A DNA stretch of 64,000 bases, from contig OX597816.1 of assembly GCA_951406725.2 (NCBI GenBank), positions 171,678,001 through 171,742,000 of the forward strand, read 5' to 3'. The stretch comes from Octopus vulgaris (lineage: Eukaryota). The notes under the pieces are model-generated. The model was not told the origin of the DNA. It searched no databases and saw only the letters and a program-made list of their open reading frames with translations. The position numbers and the translations under genes are program-made. Of this stretch, positions 13,450 through 26,133 are shown piece after piece (position 1 is the first letter of the stretch; each line of letters opens with the position of its first letter).

Positions 13450-14130
13450 GACACTGTCGAGTAACGTTACGCCAGAGATCCTCGGTCATTATCCTGCTGT
13501 GATCATTCAGGCAGATCATTGCTGAGACTAGGCACGAAAACCGAATTGAAGATATCGAGATTGGCTTTTACACCTACCTCTTCTGGCTCGTTACCGTGCT
13601 TTCTGCTTCCCATCCTTCGTCAATACGGCCCCGAAATACTGAAGCTTCTCCACTTGTGTCAGTGATGTTTCACTAGCATTCAGAGTGTACTGAGAAAATT
13701 TCCTCGAGAAGACCAAAGTCTCAGTCTTTGCAACACTAATTATCACCCCCGCCTTGCAGCACCTGGCAGCGAACTCATTCAATTTACGCTGAATATCACC
13801 TTCTGATGAGTCAAGTAGCTCTATGACATGTGCAAATACCAGTCAACCAATCCTACACCCACTGATTGTGACACCACTTCCACAACGGCTGTGCATGTCA
13901 ATCCAGTTCACAAAAGTAGGAGTGACAATACGTAATCCTGCCGAAGTCCAACAAGGCTCAAAGGTTTCGTCTTAGCGTCATCTACACGAACACAAACATC
14001 TTAGCATTCGAATAGGAATTTCACACCAAACAGAACTTGTTCCGTGATTTCAAACTCCTGCAAGACCCTCCTCACCATTCCTGCAGCATGCTATCATAGC
14101 CTTTAAGCAATCTACAAAACTGTGTAATGA
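13450..14130 (-). pseudogene. Decayed RTE-clade LINE reverse transcriptase fragment
   Basis: GLRQDYVLSLLL (cf. GLRQGCVLSPLLF), LVFAHVIELL (cf. LLFADDLVLL), GVIISVAKTETL and VEKLQYFG (cf. VEKFKYLG); stops and frameshifts. Confidence 0.75.
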
Positions 14131-14619
14131 ATGGAGATTAAGATGCGCCAAATAATTTCTTGATGTAATAAATTGACAAAAGATAGTCTACACATACAAC
14201 ATATTTTATTCAATTATTAAGTAATTACACAACTGCAACGAATTGGAAAAGTGCAGAAGAGTTTGTATTGTGGATGGCAGTTTGTTTAGATTGAAGATCT
14301 CCTGTCCATTCCTTATAGCAATCCGCTACTGTTTGGAAGGAGGAACGAGAAGGATAGAAGACTCTCGCAAAAGACATTTCTTAGTCTGAGAATGCAGGCG
14401 CACGTATGTGTGTGTGAAAACAAAGTCTCGGCAAAGTTACCAAAAGAAAACTGTCTGAAAGTCACTGAAGGAACTGACTGTTTTTTTAATCTTTTTTTTT
14501 ATAACGTGTTGTGAATATATAACCTGTGTTAAAGTCTAATTTGGTCACCGAAATTAGAACTGAATGAGCTTCTTTAGATGCAGCCCTTTTTTTTTCTTTT
14601 ACCTCAGATGATAAATTTT

Positions 14620-14707
14620 GGAAGCACTCCGTCGGTTACGACGACGAGGGTTCCGGTTGATCCGAATCAACGGAACAGCCTGCTCGTGAAATTAACGTGT
14701 AAGTGGC
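14620..14707 (-). mobile_element. 3' fragment of SINE family D
   Basis: Matches 55883-55970. Confidence 0.85.
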
Positions 14708-15283
14708 CGGATAAATTTTACAGGTTAAACAAATGAATTTTAAGTGCACAATCAGAGAACAATAGAAACGGACGTAAAGACCAAGGTTTCGATCCCTGGT
14801 CACGAATCCGTTATACATCTCCTACAATTGATAGTTGTTTACCTCTTTTTTTCTTGAAGATGCTAGGTATAATTTGCAGGTCATTTTGGCTGCCATTTCT
14901 TGCAGGTCGAGCGACCACATAGACGCGTCCTCTTTGACTCATGTTACATTTTAAAATAAAGAATGGCTATGCTAAATAGATAATAGTCTTGTGAAATTCT
15001 AATTCTATTTATATTTAAAATGGCTTCATTAAAAATTATTTATAATCTAAAATTCCAAGTGTTCGAAGAAATACCATGAAGTAAAAATAAATTAAAATGA
15101 AATAAACAACAAAGTCCTGGCTGTATGAACAGAGAAGTTACGCTTTTCTGCGAAAATAACCTCAATGATGCATGTATGTACATACATAGATACGTACACA
15201 CACACCCATACATATAAGTGCGTTATTTCTCTCTCTCCCTCTCTCTTTATATAGTTATAAACATGTATGTATGTTATATATGA

Positions 15284-15396
<113 letters not shown>

Positions 15397-16029
15397 TATA
15401 ACACATTCTATTTAAGTGCACAATCAGAGAACAATAGAAACGAACGTAAAGACCAAGGTTTCGATCCCTGGTCACGAATCCGTTATACATCTCCTACAAA
15501 TGATAGTTGTTTACCTCTTTTTTTCTTGAAGATGCTGCAGGTCATTTTGGCTGCCATTTCTTGCAGGTCGAGCGACCACACATATATATATATATATATA
15601 TATAACACATTCTATGGAATTCTTAAACTTGTGTGTAGATATAAATCTTAATCTATTTTCAGTCGCCATATTCAGTCACGTGCATGAGAAACCATCCATC
15701 AAAACGCTGGAGAAGTCAGTCACATAAAGTGAAAGAGCAAACGAAAATATGTGAAGTCTTGTAAACAAAACTCGTCAAATTGGTCACAAGTAAAAAAAAA
15801 TATCTTATTCTTTTTATTGTATAACTTATCAAAACAAAAAGAAAAAAAAAAAAAGAAAAAAAGGAAGGCTTTATTTTTAGTGACCTTTTGGATATTAAAT
15901 TTTTGCGGTGTCTATGACTCATTAATTTTGAAGTGTTTATAAAGATTTTTATGAATCTTTCCTCAGAATGACAAAAGAAAAGATAGAAAAAACAACTGTT
16001 CTAGTTTGTTGTCGATATTAGGTGTTTGT

Positions 16030-16700
16030 TTCAAATGCCGCCGAGGTTGAGTTTACCATTTATCCTTTTGGGGTCGATAAAATAAGAACCAGTTCACCAC
16101 TGCGGTCAGTGTAACCCTCTCCCGGACTTGCTAGCCTTGTGCCAAAATTTGAAACTGATATTAGGTGTTTGTAAGGAGCCGGACAACATGCTTAGTGGCA
16201 TTTCATCCGTCTTTGTGTTCTGAGTTTAAATTCTACCGAGGTCGACTTTGCCTTTCATCTTTTTGGAGTCGATAAAATAAGTACCAGTCGAGCATTGGGG
16301 TTCATTAATCGACTATCCCCTTCCGACAAAATTTGGGGCCTTTTGTCTATTATAGAAAGGCTGTTGGGTGTTGGGTGTTTGTGTTAAATGTTTTTGCTTT
16401 ATCAATTGGTTAACATTTCCGCATGACTGCTTCCAAAGATGAGATAATGGTTTTACAATATTAACGTGACAGATAAGCAAGCGGTGAGCTGGTAAGAATC
16501 GTTAACACGTTGGGCGATATACTTAGCGGCATTTCGTCCGTTTTTACATTCTGAGTTCAAATTCAGCAGAGGTCGACTTTATCTTTCATCCCTTTTAGGT
16601 TCGATAAAATAAGTACTAGTTGAATACTGGGATTGGTGTAATTGACTGAGCACCTCTTCGAACTTGCTGGCTTTGTGCTAAAATTTGAAACCAATATTAA
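16030..16700 (+). mobile_element. Cluster of three decayed SINE B-related copies
   Basis: Repeated GAGGTCGACTTT...GTCGATAAAATAAGTACCAG...GGCCTTGTGCCAAAATTTGAAAC motifs. Confidence 0.7.
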
Positions 16701-17108
16701 CGTTACAGTTTCCGTTGCTATCGTTGTTAACCCAAGGTCAACTCTGATCGAATAGAACTTTGAACAAAAGGTTTGTTGCCGTAACTATTGGCCATTTTAT
16801 TTTCATTTATTTACTGGGTCCTAGACACAGTGTATCTATAAAAATGTATCCTTTTTACGACAGAAGATCATAACTTGGAGACATTGTTGCTATTTCTAGC
16901 AAGCTGTTTCATGAGTGCAAAGCCCTGAAACAAACAAAAAAATAAATGTTAACGTAACAGTCACTGACGTATTATTTCATTTCAGTGACATTCGCAGATA
17001 CTTCAAAGAGGATTTCATTGGTTTGCTTTACTCAGCTTCAAGCAGGTGTATTATCTTCAGTTTCTGAAAACGTCAAGTTAATGAGGAATGTGACACAGAT
17101 TCTTCCGC

Positions 17109-17530
17109 GGATCTTTTCGGTTTGAACGGCAGTTTTTAACATAATTTCTAGGTAACTAAAAAATTTTAAACTTCGTATACTGGTAGAATATGTTTATAAA
17201 ACATCTTTTTCTCTTGGCTTTATTGAGAAAATTCTATAGTTTGTAAGATATTCTTTAATTTCTTGCATTTCGACAATTTCAACCAATCAATGACCGTCTA
17301 TTGAGGTGAAAACATTCTGTGCCGTATGAATATGTCCCTCGTTTAAGAAACAGATTGAGTTTATTTACATTTGTGAAGAAAAAAAAAAGATACCCTTCTT
17401 CCCACCCCTAACCCTAACCCTAACCCTAAAAGAGACGGGATTGCAATAGATCGATTCTAGGGTCATAATTAAGGGTGACAATTTCATATGACACCGCTAG
17501 AAAAAACTGCCGTTCAAACCGAAAAGATCC
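17109..17530 (-). mobile_element. GGATC-TIR MITE
   Basis: TIRs; perfect TSD TCTTCCGC. Confidence 0.92.
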
Positions 17531-17749
17531 TCTTCCGCTTCTCAAGTGCGGTATCAATTTGTCGAATTAAGCAATTGTAGTCAGTACATCAGAACTATAA
17601 ATTCTGGCTACTGAGAGTTAATTATCTTCATCATGGATTGCAGACAACGCAGTGCTGCTGTTAAAATGCGAAATGTAGACCGTTTCGCCTAGTTGTTCTT
17701 ACTTTCTAAAAGCAGTTTTCGCTGGTATGTTAAAGGTGGATTAGTTTTA

Positions 17750-18153
17750 AATTTTGGCCCGATGCCAGGAACTTCGTCGGACGGAGGTGGGGAGTAAGTC
17801 GATTACATCGATACCAGAGATCAACTGGTACTTATTTTATCGATCCTGAAAGGATTAAAGGCAAAGTCGATGTCGGCGGAATTTGAACTCAGAACATGAA
17901 GACAGACGAAATACCTATTTCTATTTCTTTTCTACTCACAAGGGGCTAAACACAGAGGGAACAAACAAGGACAGACAAAGGGATTAAGTCGATTATATCG
18001 ACCCCAGTGCGTAACTGGTACTTATTTAATCGACCCCGAAAGGATGAAAGGCAAAGTCGACCTCGGCGGAACTTGAACTCAGAACGTAACGGCAGATGAA
18101 ATACCGATAAGCATTTTGACCGGCGCAGTTACAATTCTGCCTGCTTGCCGCAT
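17750..18153 (-). mobile_element. SINE family B composite (two 3' modules)
   Basis: Homology to 3443-3656 and 46107-46508. Confidence 0.8.
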
Positions 18154-18260
18154 TAAAGTAGACAAAATATTTATACAGGTCTATATTTAAGAGATGAAAA
18201 ATTAAGTACATTATTTACATTATTTACATTTGACGGATATCTGTTCTCATCTTGTTGTTA

Positions 18261-18305
18261 ACACAACGTTTCAGCTGATATACCCATCCAGCCTTCATCA
18301 GGTGT
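18261..18305 (-). ncRNA. Minimal type I hammerhead ribozyme
   Basis: ACAC-CTGATGA-A-GGCTG..CAGCT-GAAA-CG-TT-GTGT. Confidence 0.8.
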
Positions 18306-18355
18306 CTTGGGGAAATTTCGGAATGAGAACCCATTCCTAAGGTATTTTTTCAGTG

Positions 18356-18420
<65 letters not shown>

Positions 18421-18458
18421 GTTATTATTATTATTGTTATTATTATTATTATTATTAT

Positions 18459-19017
18459 TGAGTGAGAGAGCAGTTCATGCCATCAAAGTGACACTGGGGT
18501 AAAATATACGAAGCCCAATATACCCATCATGACTACCCGTCTGATAAAGGTACACCAGGCACATGCATCACAACCATATGTGCGCGACATGGTGATCTCA
18601 TATCAAGATAAACAGCACATGACCTTGCAGGTGGGGCCCAGTTAGAATTTTCTTCAGGTTGAGTAGCCCATCCCGCTCAAACGGTCCCTGAATAAGGGTT
18701 GTTTAAAGATGTTGAAAGAACCACCCATGTTTCCAGAGGTGAATTATTCAAACCCCAAAGAATCCCTCTCAACACATGGCTATGATGCTCCCCCACTACT
18801 TCTGCTCGTGATCAGAGATGCACATATCGTCAGCCACTAAGGGACATGCTCAACTGGTTAAGGTCAAACAACTGAAAAGCAAATCTGTGGTATTGAGCAG
18901 AATATTTGCTGTAGCCCATCTTTTATACCAAGACAAAACAATGTACATGATAACACTTCCAATCAGTTAAGATCAGAAGCCATGAGAGCCACTGCCTGGT
19001 ACTCAGAAGCCATGAGA

Positions 19018-19018
<1 letters not shown>
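18459..19018. mobile_element. ~560-bp interspersed element inserted in an (ATT)n tract
   Basis: Complex sequence with sharp (ATT)n boundaries on both sides and a terminal duplication of TCAGAAGCCATGAGAG. Confidence 0.55.
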
Positions 19019-19087
<69 letters not shown>

Positions 19088-19198
19088 TCACTACCTGGAA
19101 TCGAACTCGGAATCTTGGAGTTAGTAACCAACGGGCATATAGCGTAGTGGTTAAGAGTGCGGGCTATTAACCTCAAGATTCTGTGTGACCTGAATAAA

Positions 19199-19233
<35 letters not shown>

Positions 19234-19235
19234 TG

Positions 19236-19293
<58 letters not shown>

Positions 19294-19374
19294 TAATAAC
19301 AACAACAACAACAACAAAAGCAACATTGAAAAAATATCTTAGCAATGAGAACCCAGGTTCGAAATTTCCTGAAG

Positions 19375-19418
19375 ACACCTGATGAAGGCTGGTGGATATA
19401 TCAGCCGAAACGTTGTGT
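19375..19418 (+). ncRNA. Minimal type I hammerhead ribozyme
   Basis: ACAC-CTGATGA-A-GGCTG[GTGGATATAT]CAGCC-GAAA-CG-TT-GTGT; palindromic AACGTT helix III. Confidence 0.85.
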
Positions 19419-19897
19419 TAACAACAGACAAGATGAGGACAAATATCCGTTAAATGTAAATAATGTAAATAACAAAATATTAAGTTGAATATTCAACGTT
19501 GACAATTTTTTCTAGTTTTGATTATTTATAAAAAAAGATATTTATATCCAAAATTTAATTATTAAAATTCAGAATTACCAGAGCAAAAGTTATTCTGTTA
19601 AGTCTTCAACATGTATTTTATTTTTTGTTTTTACATATTTTATTCCATAGAATTTCTTCATTCGGTCTAGTCTACCCAGGCTCAATTTTACTTTATACAA
19701 AAAATAACAAGGAGAGAAATATGTTTATCTCTAATTTTCATGTTATTTCAGACAGATATATATACGGTCAACTGTAAAATTTGTTAGTGATAATAGTCAT
19801 CAGTAAATCCACAGGAATCTTATAACATTTATATGTTTACAATGCACACATTCCATTTTTTAACCACCACCACCACCATCATCGATATTAGTAGTAT

Positions 19898-19930
<33 letters not shown>

Positions 19931-20029
19931 TAGTAGTAGTATTACTATTGCAATGCCGAGAGCAGTTCTGTGCTATTTCGTTTCCAGTTTGCATTTTCTG
20001 TTGTATTGAAAAGGCATAGAAGCTATTTT

Positions 20030-20449
20030 GGATCTTTTCGGTTTGAACGGCAGTTTTTTCTAGCGGTGTCATATGAAACTGTCACCAATAATTATGACCC
20101 TAGTATCGATCTATTGCATTTCAATCTGTTTTAGGGTTAGGGTTAGGGTTAGGGGTGGGGGTATCTTTTTTTTCTTCACAAATGTAAATAAACCCAATCT
20201 GTTTCTTAAACGAGGGACATATTCATACGTCACAGAATGTTTTTTTTAACTCAATAGACGTCACTGATTGGTTGAAATTGCAGAAATTGAAGAAAAAAAA
20301 CAACAAATATGTTACAAACTATAGAATTTTCTCAATAAAGCGAAGAGAAAAAGATGTTTTATAAACACATTCTACCAGTATACGAAGTTTAAAATTTTTT
20401 AGTTACCTAGAAATTATGTTAGAAACAGCCGTTCAAACCGAAAAGATCC
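20030..20449 (+). mobile_element. GGATC-TIR MITE (no TSD)
   Basis: Both TIRs present; flanks GCTATTTT and AAAATTTC do not match. Confidence 0.9.
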
Positions 20450-20484
20450 AAAATTTCATTATGAGGATCAAAAATTTTCAATTG

Positions 20485-20695
20485 ATTACAAAATTTGGTA
20501 CAAGGCCAGTAATTTCTGGGGTAAGGGTAAGTCGATTACATAGACCCCAGGAATCAACTGGTACTTATTTTATCGACCCCGAAAAGATGAAAGGTAAAGC
20601 CGGCACCGGATGAATTTGAACTCAGAACGTAAAGAGACGAAATGCCGCTAAGCATTTTGCCAGGAAAGCCAAGAATTCTGCAAGTTCGCCGCCTT
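20485..20695 (-). mobile_element. Decayed SINE family B
   Basis: Homology to the family B consensus. Confidence 0.75.
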
Positions 20696-20940
20696 AAATC
20701 TAAAATTTAATATTAAAATAGGCTAAAATTGAAAATCCAGGAAACCTGGGATGGTCTGTATTGACAAGAATTACTGAGTATAAAATTTGGAAGATTATAA
20801 AGTTTATCCACCATGAGAATTGTAGAATACAACGATTTATTTAGGAGTGGGGAGAGGTATGGCCAAACAAGTTCTATGTGAGAGGGTGAGAAAACATAAA
20901 GATACAATGTACGAAGAACAAAAGCCAGGATGTTAGTAGT

Positions 20941-20983
<43 letters not shown>

Positions 20984-20991
<8 letters not shown>

Positions 20992-21389
20992 AATTATTAG
21001 AGAGTTAACCACTATGTGGATAACTCTAGTGCTAAAAATAGCCCCGATAGTACAGCCACAGAAAAAGATGTTTCCAATTAGAAATAACATACATTTAACG
21101 GAAGGAAAGTGAAATATAACGAATAAATAGATTGACCCTGAACAAATTGTTTCATTACTAATGTAATATGTAATAATGTATATTACTAATTGTTTCATTT
21201 TACATATTACATTAGTAATGAAACAATTTGTTCAGGGTCAATCTATTTATTCGTTATATTTCACTTTCCTTCCGTTAAATGTATGTTATTTCTAATTGGA
21301 AAAATCTTTTTCTGTGGCTGTACTATCGGGGCTATTTTTAGCACTAGAGTTATCCACATAGTGGTTAACTCTCTAATAATTTATGTATA
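20984..21389. repeat. Long inverted repeat (190-bp arms, 26-bp spacer) in (TA)n
   Basis: 20984-21173 is the reverse complement of 21200-21389, with about one mismatch seen. Confidence 0.9.
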
Positions 21390-22282
21390 ATTTGTATTTA
21401 TGTATAAATTTGTATTTTCTCCGTAGTTTTTCGGTGTTAAATTAATGGTATTATTAAATTAATATCAATTTTTCACCCTCATTTATAAATATATATATAT
21501 ATATATATATAGTCAATGGTCTTTGACTATTTTAATTTTTTCCTACTAGGCCGCTGGTGGCAAAAGAATTCTACAAAATTTTTTTTTGCCACCCTATATT
21601 GATTAATTATGAATTTTCTGGTTAATTCCGTAATGGAATCGACGGCTTATATTTATTTGCTGCCGATAAATTTGGCGCGAGTGCGACGATTTGAAAATTT
21701 TAGGTCAGATATTAACTTGGCAACGTCGGAAATGCCTCGTGAAAATATCTGTTCCGTCTTGGGCTATTTCTTACTGAAGAATCTGAGGGCCTGTGGAAGA
21801 TTGGCTTGATTTAATTTAATCAGGTTAGTTTACCATTAATCAGCAGATGAAACGGTATATCGTATAAGAAATTACAGGGTAAATGTTTTTTAAATTTTCT
21901 CCTGGTTTACTGAATTAACTTTTATTTGCGGTTGAAGCTTTGGCTGTTATTTCTAGTGGGTGAATGGCCTATTATGGCCGTTCCTTTATTGTTGATATAT
22001 ATATATGTATATATATGGAGGCGGGCAGGTAGGGTAAATCCCAATTGTATTATTTGATTTCTCTGTCTGAAGAAATATAATAGGAAATTCCTTACATGTC
22101 TATCTAACATATAAAACTTAGTAATTCCTGTTAGTAAATGAAACACGTGTAATGGTGAATAAGTAATACCCCAAAATTTCCAGTTTCTAGTTTTGTTATA
22201 TACATGTATGTATGTATGTGTTTGTGTGTGTGCGTCACACAATTACGAAAAGAATTACAGTTAAGGATACAGGTTAAGTTAT

Positions 22283-22356
22283 AGGTGTCTTGGGGAAATT
22301 TCGAACCTGGGTTCTCATTCCTAAGGTATTTTTCAATGTTGTTGTTGTTGTTGTTG

Positions 22357-22425
<69 letters not shown>

Positions 22426-22507
22426 TCACTGCCTGGAATCGGAGGTTAATAGCCTGCGCTCTTAACCACTACGCCATATGCCCGTGGGCTACTAACCCCA
22501 AGATTTC
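22283..22507 (-). mobile_element. Truncated family G element (tRNA head + (AAT)n + terminal repeat up to the HHR start)
   Basis: Matches 19084-19380; inverted tRNA fragment GGGCTACTAACCCCAAGATT at the junction. Confidence 0.75.
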
Positions 22508-24031
22508 TGGATACATTTCAGGATGTTTGTGTGTGCGGCGGCAGCACCATCCCAGTCCAGAAATGAAAGAAATAAAACCTCCGTTGCTACCACCACCACC
22601 ACCACCACCATCATCGTCATCATCATCACCAACCACCACCACCACTACCACCACCACCACCACCACCACCACCACCACCATCACCACCACCACAATCATC
22701 ATCATCATCATCATCATCGTTGTCGTCATTATCATCATTATCATCACTATTGTATCTCATTGATCTTTTATTTTTTTCGATAAGAAAAGCTTCTACTGTG
22801 TTCATGCATTTCCAATAACAGTTTAAAAAGCGTAAACAGGCGGAACAAGTTTGATACTAAAAACCTAAACAAGAACTCGTCTTTTTGCGTTAAACTTCAT
22901 AGCGAGTGTCAACAGTATCATATACGCCTCGCACTGAGAAGCACTTTGAGTGACGTTCGCATATAGAAGCTGTTGCTCGTCACATGACTAATTATGGTTG
23001 TTTGTAGCAATCACATGACCTAATTTCTATGTCATATGCAGACGTATTAAATATGATACTCGTTGATAGTCATTCCTCCTCTCCCTCTCTCCCTCTCTCT
23101 TTCACGCTCTCTGCTTTTCTTTCTCTGACTCCATCAGTACGAATCTTTTGCAAAGTCACAAGTGAAGTAATGTATTTAGCTGCCAGCCGGCTGTTTATAG
23201 CAATTTTAGGCAAAATAGAAGACCGCACAAAAAACTCTGCTGTCAGATAGTATTTCAAACAAATTTTTTATATGATGGTGAGTAATATTCAATAGAACAC
23301 TGACTGTGGTTACTATTCTACAGAACATTTGTCGTGGATTGTGTTCTTGTGAAGATTGACGGTGCGTACCCGAAAAGTACTCGATGTACTTATTTTTAAA
23401 TATACATTTTTTAACAAAGTACCAATGAGGAAGGAACAGCATTTGACATAATACTGGTGGGAAATGACCTTATTTAGGAAGCTCTGGCGGTGAATAACAC
23501 CTTACAGAATAACGTATGCTTATATCTCCCTAAACTCAAATGACGATTGACATATGAAAATTAATCTGTTAAAACGTAAAACGCTATCAACTAGGAAATC
23601 TATGTTCTTGCAATTTGTCGTTCATGGCTTACTTTTCTGAAAATAAAAAAAAAGGAAAAAAATTAAACTTCCAAGAACAAAGTATAAAACGGCGATGTCT
23701 TGCGTTTAACGCTTTTGCTAGTGTCTCACAGCTATAGAACAGAACGGTTATCGACTCTGTCTCACAACTATAAAACAGAACAGTTTCTTTGAAAATTTGG
23801 GTAATTTTGATAGGAAATATTTCTAAGAAGCCACAGTAAACCACAGACCTTTATTTTGAATCACGAAAATATGACTTACGAAATGGATGAGCTTCACGAA
23901 AAACATCCACGTTACATTGGATCAAGATTGCCTTTATACATATATAAATTGTCGAGTAGAATAGTCCTGGTTATGGCATACAATCTGTTCGAAAACAGTC
24001 TTTGGTTTCGCATCTGCTATTGTACTTGGCA

Positions 24032-24414
24032 GTGGAGGCGCAATGGCCCAGTGGTTAGGGCAGCGGACTCGCGGTCATAGGATCGCAGTTTCGATTCCCA
24101 GACCGGGCGTTGTGAGTGTTTATTGAGCGAAAACACCTAAAGCTCCACGAGGCTCCGGCAGGGGATGGTGGTGATCCCTGATGTACTCTTCCACCACAAC
24201 TTTCTCTCACTCTTACTTCCTGTTTCTGTTGTACCTGTATTTCAAAGGGCCGGCCTTGTCACTCTCTGTGTCACGCTGAATATCCCCGAGAACTACGTTA
24301 AGGGTACACGTGTCTGTGGAGTGCTCAGCCACTTACACGTTAATTTCACGAGCAAGCTGTTCCGTTGATCGTATCAGCTGGGACCCTCATCGTCGTAACC
24401 GACGGAGTGCTTCC
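24032..24414 (+). mobile_element. SINE family D (tRNA-derived)
   Basis: TGGCCCAGTGG A-box and GTTTCGATTCCC B-box; TSD TGTACT(T/C)GGCA; copies at 55883 and 56716. Confidence 0.9.
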
Positions 24415-25000
24415 TCCTGTCCCCTGTACTCGGCAAAACTAACGACTCTTCAGACATGCTGACCGGAAGTGCACATCTTCTTTAATTTTGGAGGTGAATA
24501 TACATTCTTACATAAATACAATGCATGTGTCTATGTGTATCTTTGAAATACACCTTCCACAAGTAACGGCCGTGTGCCATTACTATCAACATGCTGAGAT
24601 TAAAAAGTTCGTTTAAGACATATTCTAGCATTAAAATAAATCTCTGAAGCCGAACTACAATTGAAGGAAAGGTCTGCAATGAAAATTAATAGATATTCTT
24701 GCCAGGAATACGTCACAAGGGAATCCACAGACCCAGTTTTTTTTTGTGGTCCAACAGCATTAATAGGAAAACGACTAAATTTGAAAGCAATGTTATAAAT
24801 AATGCCAGCTGTTGTTGCTAAACATCTCCACCTTTTCTATTATCATGGGATCCTTGCTATTTTTTTACATCAATGGGATTTAATTTGAGAACGAGACGAC
24901 GTCCACTGAATATCCAGCGTTGTACATACAGGAGAGTTAGTGTACATGTGTGTATTCTCTAGATATGGGTGGGGACAAGTATATAGCATCCACCCGTCTA

Positions 25001-25013
25001 TCTATCTATCTGT

Positions 25014-25092
<79 letters not shown>

Positions 25093-25246
25093 CCTGTCTG
25101 TCTGTCTGTCTGTCAATCTTTTTTTTTTCACGATCCCTTTTGATCGGAATTCGGCCCTTTTTTTCCTTTTCTTCTTCCCAAAAAGAAAAGTTCTACTTTG
25201 TATTATGTCCCTTCTGTGTTCAGCCCTGCGTGGCCAATAAATCCGT

Positions 25247-25343
<97 letters not shown>

Positions 25344-25474
25344 AATCTTTTTTTTTCACGATCCCTTTTGATCGGAATTCGGCCCTTTTTTTCCTTTTCT
25401 TCTTCCCAAAAAGAAAAGTTCTACTTTGTATTATGTCCCTTCTGTGTTCAGCCCTGCGTGGCCAATAAATCCGT

Positions 25475-25556
<82 letters not shown>

Positions 25557-25557
25557 G
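25001..25557 (+). repeat. Two tandem ~135-bp units, each followed by (TATC)n; probable LINE 3' ends
   Basis: 25115-25250 matches 25343-25478; each ends GGCCAATAAATCCGTTT then (ATCT)n. Confidence 0.7.
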
Positions 25558-25867
25558 CTTCTAATCACGCAACAACAAAAATACATTGAGTCATGAGCGC
25601 TCACACGCACACACACAAACACATAAAAAATATATGTATGACTTTGCACATGTCGGGGCTTCTGTACGAAGGTACATACCTGTGTATGCTTGTATCTGCG
25701 AATGTGTACGAGAGTATTTCATCGAAAGAGATTTCACATGTTACTTATGCTTGCAAACACACACAGATGCATACACGCGCGTACACACATATGCACAAAT
25801 ACATACAAATAACTGAATGTATGCATGCAAAGACAAAATCGTGTATAACTGTCAGTGTGAGTTTAAG

Positions 25868-26133
25868 TATGTATGTATGTATGTATGTATGTATGTATGT
25901 ATGTATGTATGTACGTACGTAGTACGTATGTATGTATGTATGTATGTATGTGTGTGTGTGTGTGTGTATGTATGTATGCATGTATGTACGTACGTACGTA
26001 TGTATGTATGTATGTATGTATGTATGTATGTATGTATGTACGTACGTACGTACGTACGTATGTATGTATGTATGTATGTATGTATGTATGTATGTATGTA
26101 TGTATGTATGTATGTATGTATGTATGTATGTAT
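25868..26133. repeat. (TATG)n/(TACG)n microsatellite
   Basis: Visible array. Confidence 0.95.

Larger units (their letters stand above)
18207..19473. mobile_element. Head-to-head pair of tRNA-head/(AAT)n/hammerhead elements (family G)
   Basis: Inverted arms 18207-18360 and 19320-19473 each carry an HHR; divergent tRNA-like heads at 19084-19192. Confidence 0.75.

Noticed and set aside
24032-24110. tRNA gene-like sequences (also 56716, 58563, 19132)
   Set aside because: No proper acceptor stem, and each continues into a repeat body; these are SINE heads.
25001-25557. Repeat-spacer pattern resembling a CRISPR array
   Set aside because: The repeats are microsatellites and the 'spacers' are identical; eukaryotic context with no cas genes.
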